Shown piece by piece: positions 31,301-40,393 of a DNA stretch of 64,000 nucleotides. The notes beneath the pieces are model-generated. The model did no database searches, was not told the origin of the DNA, and was given only the letters and a program-made list of their open reading frames with translations. Every line of letters starts with the position of its first letter. Position 1 is the stretch's first letter. The DNA comes from Candidatus Obscuribacterales bacterium (lineage in GTDB: Bacteria > Cyanobacteriota > Vampirovibrionia > Obscuribacterales > Obscuribacteraceae), in contig CBDDIJ010000003.1 of the NCBI GenBank assembly GCA_965228855.1, forward strand, positions 1,696,001-1,760,000. Reading direction: 5' to 3'. A program made the translations under genes and the position numbers.

Positions 31301-33375
31301 ATCACGAGGCTGCCGGCAGTGATAAAAATAGAACCGGAATTCTGCCCCGGCGCATCGCCACTGGCGTCGGTGTCAGCGCCGCCGGTTCCAGTATGAGCGG
31401 CCCCGGCCGTGCCGATCTGAATATCACCACCTCTTGCAGTCAGTTCACCGCTGTCAATCCCACCCGTGGAAAGCTTCTTGCTGAACTTGACACTGCCTGT
31501 TCCAACTCCGGCTGTGTCGAAAGTAACCTTCAAATTGGATTGAGTGTTGACCAGGGATATAAAGCCGGCAGCACCACTGCCACCTGACGCGGACACTTCC
31601 GGAGCGATAATGCCCGTAGTATTCTGTGCACCGGCGACGATAGAAACAACACCATTGTCGCCTGTACCGGCACCATCCGCCTTCACGGACTTGACGTCGA
31701 CGACGCCCTTGTCACCATCCTTGTTGGCGAGAGCTATTATAGTGACGTTTCCGGCGTTGCCATTTGCGTTACCGCTAGCATCGACAGAGGTATCGGAGAG
31801 CAATACGCTTCCACCGGTGGTCGATGCTTTGCCGACAGTCACGAACCCTTGTGTGATCTGCCCACCCGGAACAGTGGCTGTAGATTGCGCTTCGGCTCCC
31901 CCGCCTGGTTTGAGCTGGGCGCCGGCAATGATAGTGATATCAAAGGCATCATCACCGGTGTTGCGAGAACTTATGCTTATGGTATTGCCACCGTCTGTGA
32001 TATCACCGCTGGCCAAAATCGCAATCGCTTCATCGAACTGCAGGTTCCCTGTAATCGTAATGTCGCCCGCGTTGTTGAAGAACGTTGGATCGCCGGATAT
32101 CACGCTTTGCCCAATTATCAGGTTATCGGTTGAGGCCCCAATATGAGCAACCCCCGCGGAAACTTTCAGCTCGCCTGTCAGATCGCCGACGATACCGTCA
32201 GCACTTCCGGCTCCAGCATTGACTATAAGTTTGTTAGAGTAGTAGTCACCGCCGCTGAGAAGAACTCCCTCGGATTCACCAAAATTGTTGTTACCGATCG
32301 TGATATCGCCATTGGTGGCAGAGAACGTCCCACCTTGACCATTTATAGCAACAAGTCTTGCAGCGCTTGACGCTTGCAATTGGTCAGCGATGTTTATGTT
32401 ACCTGCCGTTGCACTCATCAAACCGTTATTGATGATGGTGGCACTCTGTAAACTCAGGTTGTTTCCAGCGGTGATTGCCGGCGCGCTACCGTTTTCACTG
32501 ACGTTGAAAATCGTGCCGCCGGCGGTCAGGTTTACATTGCCGGCGCCGGTAATTATCCCGCTGTTTACAATATCCGTGACAGAGTTCAAGTTTAAGTCGA
32601 GCGGATTTGTGCCTGTAGCTATCGAACCCGTAGCGGAGTTGCGGATGTGATTTGCGTTGATCGTTGCAGCAAGAACTGCAGGATCGCTTGCATTCACTAT
32701 CAGATTCCCAGCGTTTCTGAGATTACCGCTGACATTAAGGGTCTGCGCGGAAGTAAAATCTCCCGTCACGGTAACATTTTTAGGGATGTAGAGGCTGCTC
32801 AGGTCTTGAACCGACCCAGCATCCAGGCTCAAACTGCCACCACTAGCGCTACCATTTCTCGCTAGCTTTAGAGTTTGTCCACCCTCCTGCATGACTTGAT
32901 ACACAGCGGCCAGTTCTGCCGCAGTGAGAGTAGAACCGTTCTCAATCTTGACGTTCTGACCACCACGACTAATTGTGACGTTACCTGTCAGATTCGAAAT
33001 AGAGTACGTGTCACGACGTGACCTCAAATTTAAATCAGTTGGAAACTTGGATAAATCGACGGACATTATGCGTCGAGAAGCGCGGTCTGCGGCTTGATTG
33101 GCTTGTAATGCGTTGATTGTACGTGCGGTATCAAACTGCATTCGGTTTTCCATGCGGAGAATCCGGGCTTCGTGCCGAGAAGCCTTATCGCTCATTTGCA
33201 AAACGCGGTCGCTCCGGTCGCGAACTTGTCTATCGCTGTTGAATGCTCTGCGAGTTGCGCCTTGTATAGCGCTCTCGAAGGACTGATTATGGGGAGACGC
33301 AAGAGATGCCTGGGCGGAAAGCGCCAGAGCAGCCAGAATTGCCAAGGCGCCAGCACCCTTCTTGTACTTTTTCAT
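28387..33375 (-). CDS. Giant secreted beta-helix/PGRS-like Gly-rich protein A (1662 aa)
   Basis: ATG at 33375 with GAGGA RBS. Signal peptide MKKYKKGAGALAILAALALSAQASLA, haemagglutinin-like beta repeats and a (GGX)n C-terminal half. Confidence 0.85.
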   Translation of the reverse strand: MKKYKKGAGALAILAALALSAQASLASPHNQSFESAIQGATRRAFNSDRQVRDRSDRVLQMSDKASRHEARILRMENRMQFDTARTINALQANQAADRASRRIMSVDLSKFPTDLNLRSRRDTYSISNLTGNVTISRGGQNVKIENGSTLTAAELAAVYQVMQEGGQTLKLARNGSASGGSLSLDAGSVQDLSSLYIPKNVTVTGDFTSAQTLNVSGNLRNAGNLIVNASDPAVLAATINANHIRNSATGSIATGTNPLDLNLNSVTDIVNSGIITGAGNVNLTAGGTIFNVSENGSAPAITAGNNLSLQSATIINNGLMSATAGNINIADQLQASSAARLVAINGQGGTFSATNGDITIGNNNFGESEGVLLSGGDYYSNKLIVNAGAGSADGIVGDLTGELKVSAGVAHIGASTDNLIIGQSVISGDPTFFNNAGDITITGNLQFDEAIAILASGDITDGGNTISISSRNTGDDAFDITIIAGAQLKPGGGAEAQSTATVPGGQITQGFVTVGKASTTGGSVLLSDTSVDASGNANGNAGNVTIIALANKDGDKGVVDVKSVKADGAGTGDNGVVSIVAGAQNTTGIIAPEVSASGGSGAAGFISLVNTQSNLKVTFDTAGVGTGSVKFSKKLSTGGIDSGELTARGGDIQIGTAGAAHTGTGGADTDASGDAPGQNSGSIFITAGSLVMDGDIKAEGSDGVDGVADGDAGGAGGNGGAISIESTTGGISLANGFSISTDGGDGGNGFDGAVSTGAGNTGGAGGNGGFAGTISFNSAGDISLAGPLSALGGDGGAAGDGSAGANLVAGGGIGGAGGAGGNGAAGGIVSLVSDGGNMIVGDLIRTAGGEGGDGGAGGDGGAGTTGNGGVGGAGGLAGLGAAGGIVFLQTSSTGNITVNGVESLGGDGGNGGNAGSGGGSISGAGGAGGLAGSGGAAGSSRSVTLQTDSGTIALTTGSSIQSLGGFGGDGGDGGTGGTTDNAGAPGVGGNGGAAGAGGSGSTVSLQTSSKAGSITGDLLTSISSFGGLSGDGGDGGDGGDNNNAAAGARGGDGGNTAASGNGGTISIGGASIQLAGGLSTTSLSGAPRAGNGGNGGTSLVGTGGTGGDGGQGAAGPLSGSVTITGGQVDVGAIVVRAVSGADGGSGGAGGDSSGDENGGNGGNAGNGGNASSAGTITISGSSVTADLLVAYGAGGGSGGDGGNGGTVSIGTGDGGDGGSGGRSGAQGAGGFVFVSTKGKTSPDVSIANILAQGGGGSNAGDGGSGGNAASGVGGAGGASGVEGAAARGGTVQISSANNISITGIDVAGGSASFASGGDGGSSSTGTGGSGGLGSNSVSGGAGGTISLVTKKGAISSTGSFLANGGDASTGSSGGDGGDGVTGGAAGDAGVGTTGGAGGSITLSSKKGTTDVNIVTAGGGSGGTGGVGGDGGSGTTGAGGAATKGGSAGVGGAGGVVKFTAALLNANDVSAQGGLGGSGNTGGRGGDATSGTGGAGALGGTGGGGGVGGSITATKFKGNINATNVNASGGAGGVGGTGGQAGDATTGTGGTGGVGGAGGTGGNGGSVNLSTKATVTVTSFASAFGGDGGTGGTGGEGGDPAVIGGDGGNGGNGGAGGGVFTSNVLTNPADVSGGNGGTGGTGGLTGGGDGQEGTAGANGTSSP

Positions 33376-33483
33376 TTCAATTTCCTCGATAGAAAAGTTC
33401 GCTTGGCTCAAAGTACCTCCGCAGTCAGCCCTACGGAGGAGCGACAAAGTCGTGGTTCGAACCAAGAAGTCGATTCGCCTGGT

Positions 33484-33542
33484 AGCTTACTACATAAAAC
33501 ATTTGACTGATCGCAGAGACAATAGGTTGGCTAGGTTTTATC
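33484..33542 (-). promoter_or_regulatory. Putative promoter/operator shared with paralogue B
   Basis: Plus strand AGCTTAC-N16-CTGATCG-N14-TGGCTAGGTTTTATC. The same blocks and spacing recur at 38745-38804. Confidence 0.6.
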
Positions 33543-33658
33543 CTAGGACGAAGGTTTCACGAACCCTTAACAACCGGAAATCTTCGAGCCCGGATTTCAA
33601 GGGAGACGCAGACGGAGAGTCCTCTGGCTCCGTTTCCTTATCCCAAGGTCATCTCGGG

Positions 33659-36600
33659 CTAAGGGGTCACGGTTCCATTGGCGCCATCACTACCGACCGT
33701 TCCGTCCAGTCCATCCGGGTTTCCGATCCCGCCTACACCAAGTGCCCCACCAAGACCACCGCTGGCTTCAACCAAACCGCCGAGCGAATTAGTAGAGGTA
33801 ATGTTGCCGCCGTTTCCGCCGTTGCCACCGTTACCACCATCGCCCGCCGCCGCTGAACCGGATGCGACACCGCCATCACCACCTGTGCCGCCGGTGCCGC
33901 CATCGCCACCCGAAGCCGTCGCGGATCCGCTCACAGTTACGACTGTTTTGCTTCCGAGTTTTAGAGAGCCAGCATTTCCTCCCAGCCCTCCGGTAGCTCC
34001 AGCCGTGCCTTCTGATGGTGCACCACCGGCGTTGCCGCCGTTGCCTCCTGCACCTCCGGCGCCACCAGCGCCGCCGTCAGTTACGATGTTGAAAATCGTG
34101 ATATCACCCTTAAACTTGTCCGCGGTTATTGTCCCGCCGGCTCCACCAGTGCCTCCCTGTGCAGAAGCTCCCGCCTGACCAGCATTGTGATTATTGGAAG
34201 AACCCGCAGCTCCACCAGCGCCGCCGCTTCCGCCAAGACCGCCAATAGCAATCAGGCCTCCCGCGCTTAAACTAGCAGCGGTTACCTTGATAGAACCCGC
34301 GGTACCGCCATTTCCACCAGCACTAGCGTTAGATCCGTTGCCGCCGGTGGCGGAGTCAAACGATGAGCCTCCGGCGCCACCATTGGCGCCGTCACCGCCA
34401 GAACCGCCATTGACATTTGAAGCGTTGATGTTTGCGGTGCCCTTCTTCGCGGAGATCGCCACAGTGCCACCGTCCCCTCCATCGCCGGAAGTTCCAGCGA
34501 GTCCGCCGCTTCCACCAATTGCCGGGAATGCACCAGCGTTGCCACCGTCGCCAGCGCGGCCGGCAGAACCGCCGTATCCACCGTTAGCTCTCGCCACGCC
34601 GGAAACTGTAATACTTCCTGATTTAGAGCTCACCTCGATGACGCCCCCCGCGCCGCCCTGGAGACCGGCAAAACCGTTTCCACCAGCTCCGCCGCTTCCC
34701 AAGCTTGCAGTTCCACCGGCGCCACCACTACCGGTGCCTGAAGCAGCGCTGCCGTCTGCTGCCAGAACCGAGACCGTAACATCGCCTGCGCTTTTTAATT
34801 TGACGGTTCCTCCCTTGGCGGAAGCGCCCACAGTACCGGCATCTCCGCCTCGTCCGCCGGTACCACCGACAGCGTCACCGCCTGTCCCTCCCGTCCCCGC
34901 AGAAGGAATCGAGGTTCCACCGCTTGCCGAAGCAGCAGCTAAAATTGTGATGTCGGGAGCAGTTTTGCCTTTGGTGGAGATGAAGATGAACCCACCGTCG
35001 GCGTTGTTGCCGCTATTGCCACCATTTCCTCCATTGCCTCCATCGATTGATATACCAGCTAGAGCGGAAGAACCATTGCCGCCAGCTCCGCCTGAACCTC
35101 CATTACCACCATCTGCGATGACATTTATCGCTTGAAAGGAGGAAGCGGAAATCTTGATTGTTCCAGCCATTTGAGCATTGCCACCGTTACCCCCCGCGCC
35201 ACCATTACCGGAGCTCGTTGGGTCACCGGAACTATCCGCAGCCGCACCACCCGCACCGCCACTTCCGGCAGATGAACTGGAGGCTAGCACGCTCCCAATG
35301 TTGATTGCGCCACCCGTAATTGTCACCGTGCCGCTAGCGCTAGACGCTCCAGCATTACCGCCGTCACCGCCATTGCCGCTCACGGCACTGTCGCTCACGC
35401 CGCCAGCACCACCGGCGCCACCATTTCCAGACTGTACACCACTGCGCCCCGCGTATAGGACGCCAGGAAGATTTATAGTAGGGCTGGAAAGAATTATAGA
35501 ACCGTTCTGACCACCTTGCAGAGAGTCGCCACCTCTGCCGCCATTCCCGGCGTTACCACTGCCGGCGTCCCCACCTGCGCCACCATCGCCGCCACGTCCG
35601 GAACTGCCGCCGCTCGCGGAAATGGTGCCAACACCAGTTATTGCACCACCCTTCTTGGAGGTCGTTATAGTCACGACGCCGCTTTCAGCACCGGCTCCAC
35701 CGACGCCTCCGGAACCTCCATCACCACCGTCGCCGGAAGGAGAGTTGACTCCGCCCCCTCCGCCAGTGCCGCCCGCACCGCCATCGCCAGCGCTCGAAAG
35801 TAATGCGGTTGCAACATTAATCGTTCCGGTGCCCGCACGCAAATTCAGATCACTAGAAGCTCCACCAGTGCCTCCTGCTCCGCCCTCTCCACCGCCGCGT
35901 CCAGTTCCATTCGCAGAGTCTCCTGAAGTGCCACCGTCACCACCGAGACCTCCGGTGCCTCCTTGTGAGACTACAAGTCCTGAGGAAATATTTCCGGAGC
36001 TGGATGTTTCCAACAGTATGGTGCCGCCTGCACCACCATTCCCACCGTCACCACCAGCGCCACCAGCTCCGCCTGTACTACTTAGACCGACACCACCATT
36101 TCCTCCATGCCCCCCGGCACCGCCAATTGCTCCTTGAGAGATCAAAGTAGAGGTACTGATCGTCCCTCCGCTGGATATAACAGATACCTCAGCGCCTGAA
36201 CCCCCAGCACCACCTGTTCCACCGTTGCCACCATCTGTGCCGGGCACATTGTCTACTCCCGGGCTGCCATTGCCGCCATTCCCACCCTCACCAGCTATAC
36301 TGATTGCGGCTCCGACGGATATGTCGCCAGTGGCGTTCAATATGATGCTACCTGAAGCCCCACCAATCCCACCGTTACCGCCATTTTGAGGACTTGCTCC
36401 GGCTCCGTTGGCGCCATCACCACCTGAACCTCCAATGGCTATGAGTGAACTTGCAGCGGCGTTTATCCCCCCTGAAGTTGCCGTAATAGTGATAGTTCCG
36501 GCATCTTGAGCATCTCCACCTGCGGCACCAGGAATGCTACCAGTCGCTCCGTCGGCGCCATTAGTAACGACAATTCCCGAAATTGAAACGTCGCTTGCGG

Positions 36601-38671
36601 TGATAACAAGATCTCCGCCCTTTTTACCTTCATTTACAGCATTGAGGGATGCCCCACCCCCAGAAATAGCTGCAGATCCGTCGGTCAGCATCGTCAAATC
36701 GCCGCCCAGCGTCACGGTTGTTCCCGTGCTAATACCTCCAGATGCCAGTTTTTTGGATACCTTGATAGCTGAACCGGAGTAGTTACCCGTGCTGTCGAAG
36801 GTGAGCTTGAGTTGCGCCTGGGCATTGATCAGGCTAACAGAGCCTACGGCTCCGGTGCCAGTTCCCTCTATAATGGTGCCCGTTGAGATCGCAACTGCAT
36901 TTTGTCCGCCAGCGATAACGGAAACCGAACCATTGCTTCCGCTGCCAAACCCGAAAGCGTTGATTGTTCCAACATCTACAACACCCTTGTCACCGCTTTT
37001 GTTGGCGAGCGCAATAAGGGTGACGTTGGCGCCAGAACCATTGGCGTTGTTGAAAAGTCCATCATCGCCGCTAGAGTCAATCGTTGAACTCGACAATAGA
37101 ATGCTTCCTCCGGTGGAGGAGACCTTGCCTACCTGGACGAAAGTGCCGCCTGCGATGGGGTTACCAATCGGGACTTGTGAAACAGGGACTGCGCCGTTGA
37201 TTGGTTTCAACGTCGCGCCGGCGATCATCGTTATCGTCTGCCCATCTCCTTCTACAGTTCTAGCAGTAATAGTCTTTGCGGTGCCACCGTCTGTGATATC
37301 ACCACTAGCGAGGATAGCAATCGCTTCTATAAAGGTAAGTGGACCTGTGATCGTGACATCACCACTATCGTTGAAAAATGTCGGGTCGCCAGTAATTACG
37401 CTCTGGCCAAGTTGCAAATTATCAGTAGATGCCCCAATGTGTGCGGTGCCGGCTGAGACTTTGAGCTCACCGGTGAGTTCACCGACAACACCATCAACGC
37501 TACCACTACCGGCGTTGACGATTAACTTCTTCGAAAAGTAATCACCGCCGGAAAGCAAGATGGCGTCGGTAGCACCGAAGCTGTTACTGCCGATTGTAAT
37601 GTCGCCATTGTTGGCCAAGAAAGCTCCGCCCGCTGCATCGATTGTCACCATATGAGGTGCTCCGGCCTGGAGTTGATCGGCAATGTTGATGTTGCCAGTG
37701 GATGCAACAATGGAGCCCGCATTCAAAATAGAGTTAGCTTGCAAGCTCACATTTGAACCCGATATGGAAGCAACAGTCGCTCCAGCCTTTTCAGGCGCAT
37801 TGATTATCGCGCCGCCGGCGATAAGAGTCACAGTGCCACCGCCGGTTATGTTACCGCTGTTAACTATATCTGTCTGAGCTATCAGATTCAAATCTAACGG
37901 ATTGGCTTCGGATGCCGAAGTTGCGATGCTACCTGTCGCCGAATTGCGAATGTGATTCGCACTAACCGTCGCCGCGGCGACCTGAGGGTCATGGGACAGA
38001 ATTACGAGGTTGCCTGCATTACGAAGATTGCCCGAGATGTCGAGTTGGTTCACCGAAGTGAAGTCACCGGTGACAGTGACATTCTTCGGGATATTCAGAC
38101 TACTGAGAGTTCCTACCGTGCCAGCGTCCAGGTTCAATGCGCCACCATTGGCGCTACCATTGTTCTGCAAACTGAGAGTCTGTCCGCCCTGCTGTAAAAC
38201 CTGATAAACAGCAGCCAACTCGGCTGCTGTCAGTTTAGTTCCGTTATCAACCAGGACGTCCTGACCTGCTCTGCTGATCGTGACATTACCGCTTAGATTC
38301 GAAATCGTGTATGAATCGCGCCTCGATCTCAAGTTTAAGTCAGACGGTAAGCGACTGAGATCGACCGATGTAATTCGCCGACTCGCACGCTCCGCGCTCT
38401 GGAAGTTCTGAATTGCTTGAATGGAACGGGCAGTGTCAAACTGCTTGTGGTTCTCCATCCGTATAAGCTTGTTTTCCCGGCGCGACGCTGTTGCACCCAT
38501 GTCCAGAATATTCTGAGCGCGTCCATGTCCACGTTCATTAGAAACTACCTTTCGGCTAGCATTCAGAATTGCGCTGTCAAAGGACTGCGGATGAGCAGAA
38601 GATGATTGAGCGAACAACGCTATGGATGCCAGAACCGCAAAAGTGTACGCACCCTTTTTAAACTTTCTCAT
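33659..38671 (-). CDS. Giant secreted beta-helix/PGRS-like Gly-rich protein B (1670 aa)
   Basis: ATG at 38671 with GGAGAG RBS, signal peptide, and colinear with protein A throughout. Confidence 0.85.
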   Translation of the reverse strand: MRKFKKGAYTFAVLASIALFAQSSSAHPQSFDSAILNASRKVVSNERGHGRAQNILDMGATASRRENKLIRMENHKQFDTARSIQAIQNFQSAERASRRITSVDLSRLPSDLNLRSRRDSYTISNLSGNVTISRAGQDVLVDNGTKLTAAELAAVYQVLQQGGQTLSLQNNGSANGGALNLDAGTVGTLSSLNIPKNVTVTGDFTSVNQLDISGNLRNAGNLVILSHDPQVAAATVSANHIRNSATGSIATSASEANPLDLNLIAQTDIVNSGNITGGGTVTLIAGGAIINAPEKAGATVASISGSNVSLQANSILNAGSIVASTGNINIADQLQAGAPHMVTIDAAGGAFLANNGDITIGSNSFGATDAILLSGGDYFSKKLIVNAGSGSVDGVVGELTGELKVSAGTAHIGASTDNLQLGQSVITGDPTFFNDSGDVTITGPLTFIEAIAILASGDITDGGTAKTITARTVEGDGQTITMIAGATLKPINGAVPVSQVPIGNPIAGGTFVQVGKVSSTGGSILLSSSTIDSSGDDGLFNNANGSGANVTLIALANKSGDKGVVDVGTINAFGFGSGSNGSVSVIAGGQNAVAISTGTIIEGTGTGAVGSVSLINAQAQLKLTFDSTGNYSGSAIKVSKKLASGGISTGTTVTLGGDLTMLTDGSAAISGGGASLNAVNEGKKGGDLVITASDVSISGIVVTNGADGATGSIPGAAGGDAQDAGTITITATSGGINAAASSLIAIGGSGGDGANGAGASPQNGGNGGIGGASGSIILNATGDISVGAAISIAGEGGNGGNGSPGVDNVPGTDGGNGGTGGAGGSGAEVSVISSGGTISTSTLISQGAIGGAGGHGGNGGVGLSSTGGAGGAGGDGGNGGAGGTILLETSSSGNISSGLVVSQGGTGGLGGDGGTSGDSANGTGRGGGEGGAGGTGGASSDLNLRAGTGTINVATALLSSAGDGGAGGTGGGGGVNSPSGDGGDGGSGGVGGAGAESGVVTITTSKKGGAITGVGTISASGGSSGRGGDGGAGGDAGSGNAGNGGRGGDSLQGGQNGSIILSSPTINLPGVLYAGRSGVQSGNGGAGGAGGVSDSAVSGNGGDGGNAGASSASGTVTITGGAINIGSVLASSSSAGSGGAGGAAADSSGDPTSSGNGGAGGNGGNAQMAGTIKISASSFQAINVIADGGNGGSGGAGGNGSSALAGISIDGGNGGNGGNSGNNADGGFIFISTKGKTAPDITILAAASASGGTSIPSAGTGGTGGDAVGGTGGRGGDAGTVGASAKGGTVKLKSAGDVTVSVLAADGSAASGTGSGGAGGTASLGSGGAGGNGFAGLQGGAGGVIEVSSKSGSITVSGVARANGGYGGSAGRAGDGGNAGAFPAIGGSGGLAGTSGDGGDGGTVAISAKKGTANINASNVNGGSGGDGANGGAGGSSFDSATGGNGSNASAGGNGGTAGSIKVTAASLSAGGLIAIGGLGGSGGAGGAAGSSNNHNAGQAGASAQGGTGGAGGTITADKFKGDITIFNIVTDGGAGGAGGAGGNGGNAGGAPSEGTAGATGGLGGNAGSLKLGSKTVVTVSGSATASGGDGGTGGTGGDGGVASGSAAAGDGGNGGNGGNGGNITSTNSLGGLVEASGGLGGALGVGGIGNPDGLDGTVGSDGANGTVTP

Positions 38672-38744
38672 CAATGCTCTCCAGCGTGACAGTCCCAAAT
38701 TTGACGACCGAGCGGACCCGACGCCAACATAAACAAGAATCAGA

Positions 38745-38804
38745 AGCTTACACTAATTTCCGCATGTCTGATCGACTCGCGTCACAAGTGGCTCAGGTTT
38801 TATC
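38745..38804 (-). promoter_or_regulatory. Putative promoter/operator shared with paralogue A
   Basis: Plus strand AGCTTAC-N16-CTGATCG-N14-TGGCTCAGGTTTTATC. Confidence 0.6.
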
Positions 38805-38824
38805 AACTTACGACCGGTCAATGC

Positions 38825-40351
38825 CTAGATCTTGGAACCGGGATCGCGCAGATACTTAGCGCGATCAGAAATTTCCTTCTTCCAACTCTCAGGTTTGCCA
38901 GCCAAGCCTTTCATGATTAGTGCCATTCGATGATTTTGAGAGAAAGCTTCTTCATTGCGGAGGAGGAAATGCCAATATAAGGTGTTGAATGGACAGGCAT
39001 TGTCGCCGGTACTTTCCTTTTGATTGTATTCGCACTTTTTGCAGAAATCCGACATTTTGTTGATGTAATTTGCCGACGCAGCGTAGGGCTTGGTGCCGAT
39101 GTATCCACCATCAGCATGAAGTGCCATTCCTATCACGTTCGGTACCATCACCCAATCGTATCCGTCCACAAACATTTCTTCGAACCACAAGTCTGTTTCC
39201 TGCGGATCGTAACCGGCAATCATCGCAAAATTCCCAAGCAACATCAATCGAACGATATGATGAGCGTATCCATGTTTGAGTACAGTCTCAATCGCGTCCC
39301 GCATGCACCTCATTTTGGTATCACCTGTAGTGAAGAAATCAGGCAGCTTCAACTGCGCATCCTTGAGGTGATTGCGCTGTTTGTATTCAGGCATGAGGCG
39401 CCAGTAGACACGCCACACGAACTCGCGCCAACCAATCAACTGCCGAATAAAACCCTCGACTGAAGCCAATCGCGCCGCATTACCAATATATCTGCGTTCA
39501 GCCTCTTTGCACAGTTCTAGCGGGTGCAGCAAACACGTGTTGACGTATGGAGATAAAACTGAATGGTTGAGAAACGGCTCGCCATGCAACATCGAGTCCT
39601 GGTGCGGTCCGAATTCGTCAAGCCGTTTGTCGAAGAAGTCTTTTGCGGCTTTCAATGCGTCGCCTCGAGTCACCGCATAGATCCAATCACGACTTTCGCC
39701 TGGATGATCGGGGAAATTTTCGTCAACCATTTTTATAACAGCTTGAGTAATTTCGTCCGGAGGAAACGTCCTTAGCGCTTCGAATTTGAAATCTTTCCCT
39801 GGCGGTTGTCGGTTTTCTTTATCGAAATTCCAGTCACCGCCAGTGGGGTTATCGCCGTCCATAAGCAAATTCGTCTTCTTACGCATCAGGCGATAAAACC
39901 GCTCCATAGTGACGCGCGAGTCCTTCGTTTTGTGAAGGTCTTCAAACTCCTTAGCGGTTGAAATGAAATTGCAGTGCGGCGTGATTGTGACTTTACGATC
40001 CGGAAGCAAGCGTTTTAGTTTTTCATTCGCGCCAAATTCGGATTGCTCCATGAAAATGACTTCCGTCGGCTTGTTTTTCTCCAGATGATCTTGAACGGCC
40101 GATTCGAAATCCGGATGCTCTTTGTAGTAATCGACCTGCCATCCTGCATCTCGAAGTTCGTCGGCGAAGTGACGCATGACGGAATAAATCAAAATGAGTT
40201 TCTTCTTGTGATATTTGATTTTGCCACCACGTTTGATTGACTCAATCATCAAAACTCGTGGTTTCGTCTGCGACTCAGCGGCGGCAAGCAATGCAGTGTT
40301 GTTCATGGAACACTGGTCGCCGGTTATCCAGACGGTAACGCTTTCACTCAT
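38825..40351 (-). CDS. FeS-BCP cryptochrome/(6-4) photolyase (PhrB/CryB family)
   Basis: GDQ start, HKKKL, GGDWNFDKENR, EGFIRQLIGWREF, HHIVRLM, KPYAAS, and four Cys (RCM, CKKC, ACPF). Confidence 0.93.
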   Translation of the reverse strand: MSESVTVWITGDQCSMNNTALLAAAESQTKPRVLMIESIKRGGKIKYHKKKLILIYSVMRHFADELRDAGWQVDYYKEHPDFESAVQDHLEKNKPTEVIFMEQSEFGANEKLKRLLPDRKVTITPHCNFISTAKEFEDLHKTKDSRVTMERFYRLMRKKTNLLMDGDNPTGGDWNFDKENRQPPGKDFKFEALRTFPPDEITQAVIKMVDENFPDHPGESRDWIYAVTRGDALKAAKDFFDKRLDEFGPHQDSMLHGEPFLNHSVLSPYVNTCLLHPLELCKEAERRYIGNAARLASVEGFIRQLIGWREFVWRVYWRLMPEYKQRNHLKDAQLKLPDFFTTGDTKMRCMRDAIETVLKHGYAHHIVRLMLLGNFAMIAGYDPQETDLWFEEMFVDGYDWVMVPNVIGMALHADGGYIGTKPYAASANYINKMSDFCKKCEYNQKESTGDNACPFNTLYWHFLLRNEEAFSQNHRMALIMKGLAGKPESWKKEISDRAKYLRDPGSKI

Positions 40352-40393
40352 ATTCCGTATATTGGCAGCCTACCGTGAATTCAAGGTGAACAG

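Noticed and set aside
33453..33464. GGTTCGAA as a tRNA T-loop
   Set aside because: No cloverleaf can be built around it.
28366..37541. Many long Pro-rich plus-strand ORFs (e.g. 30161-31396, 34194-35135)
   Set aside because: Antisense shadows of the Gly-rich genes: GGN codons read as Pro/Ala/Thr/Ser and lack stops.
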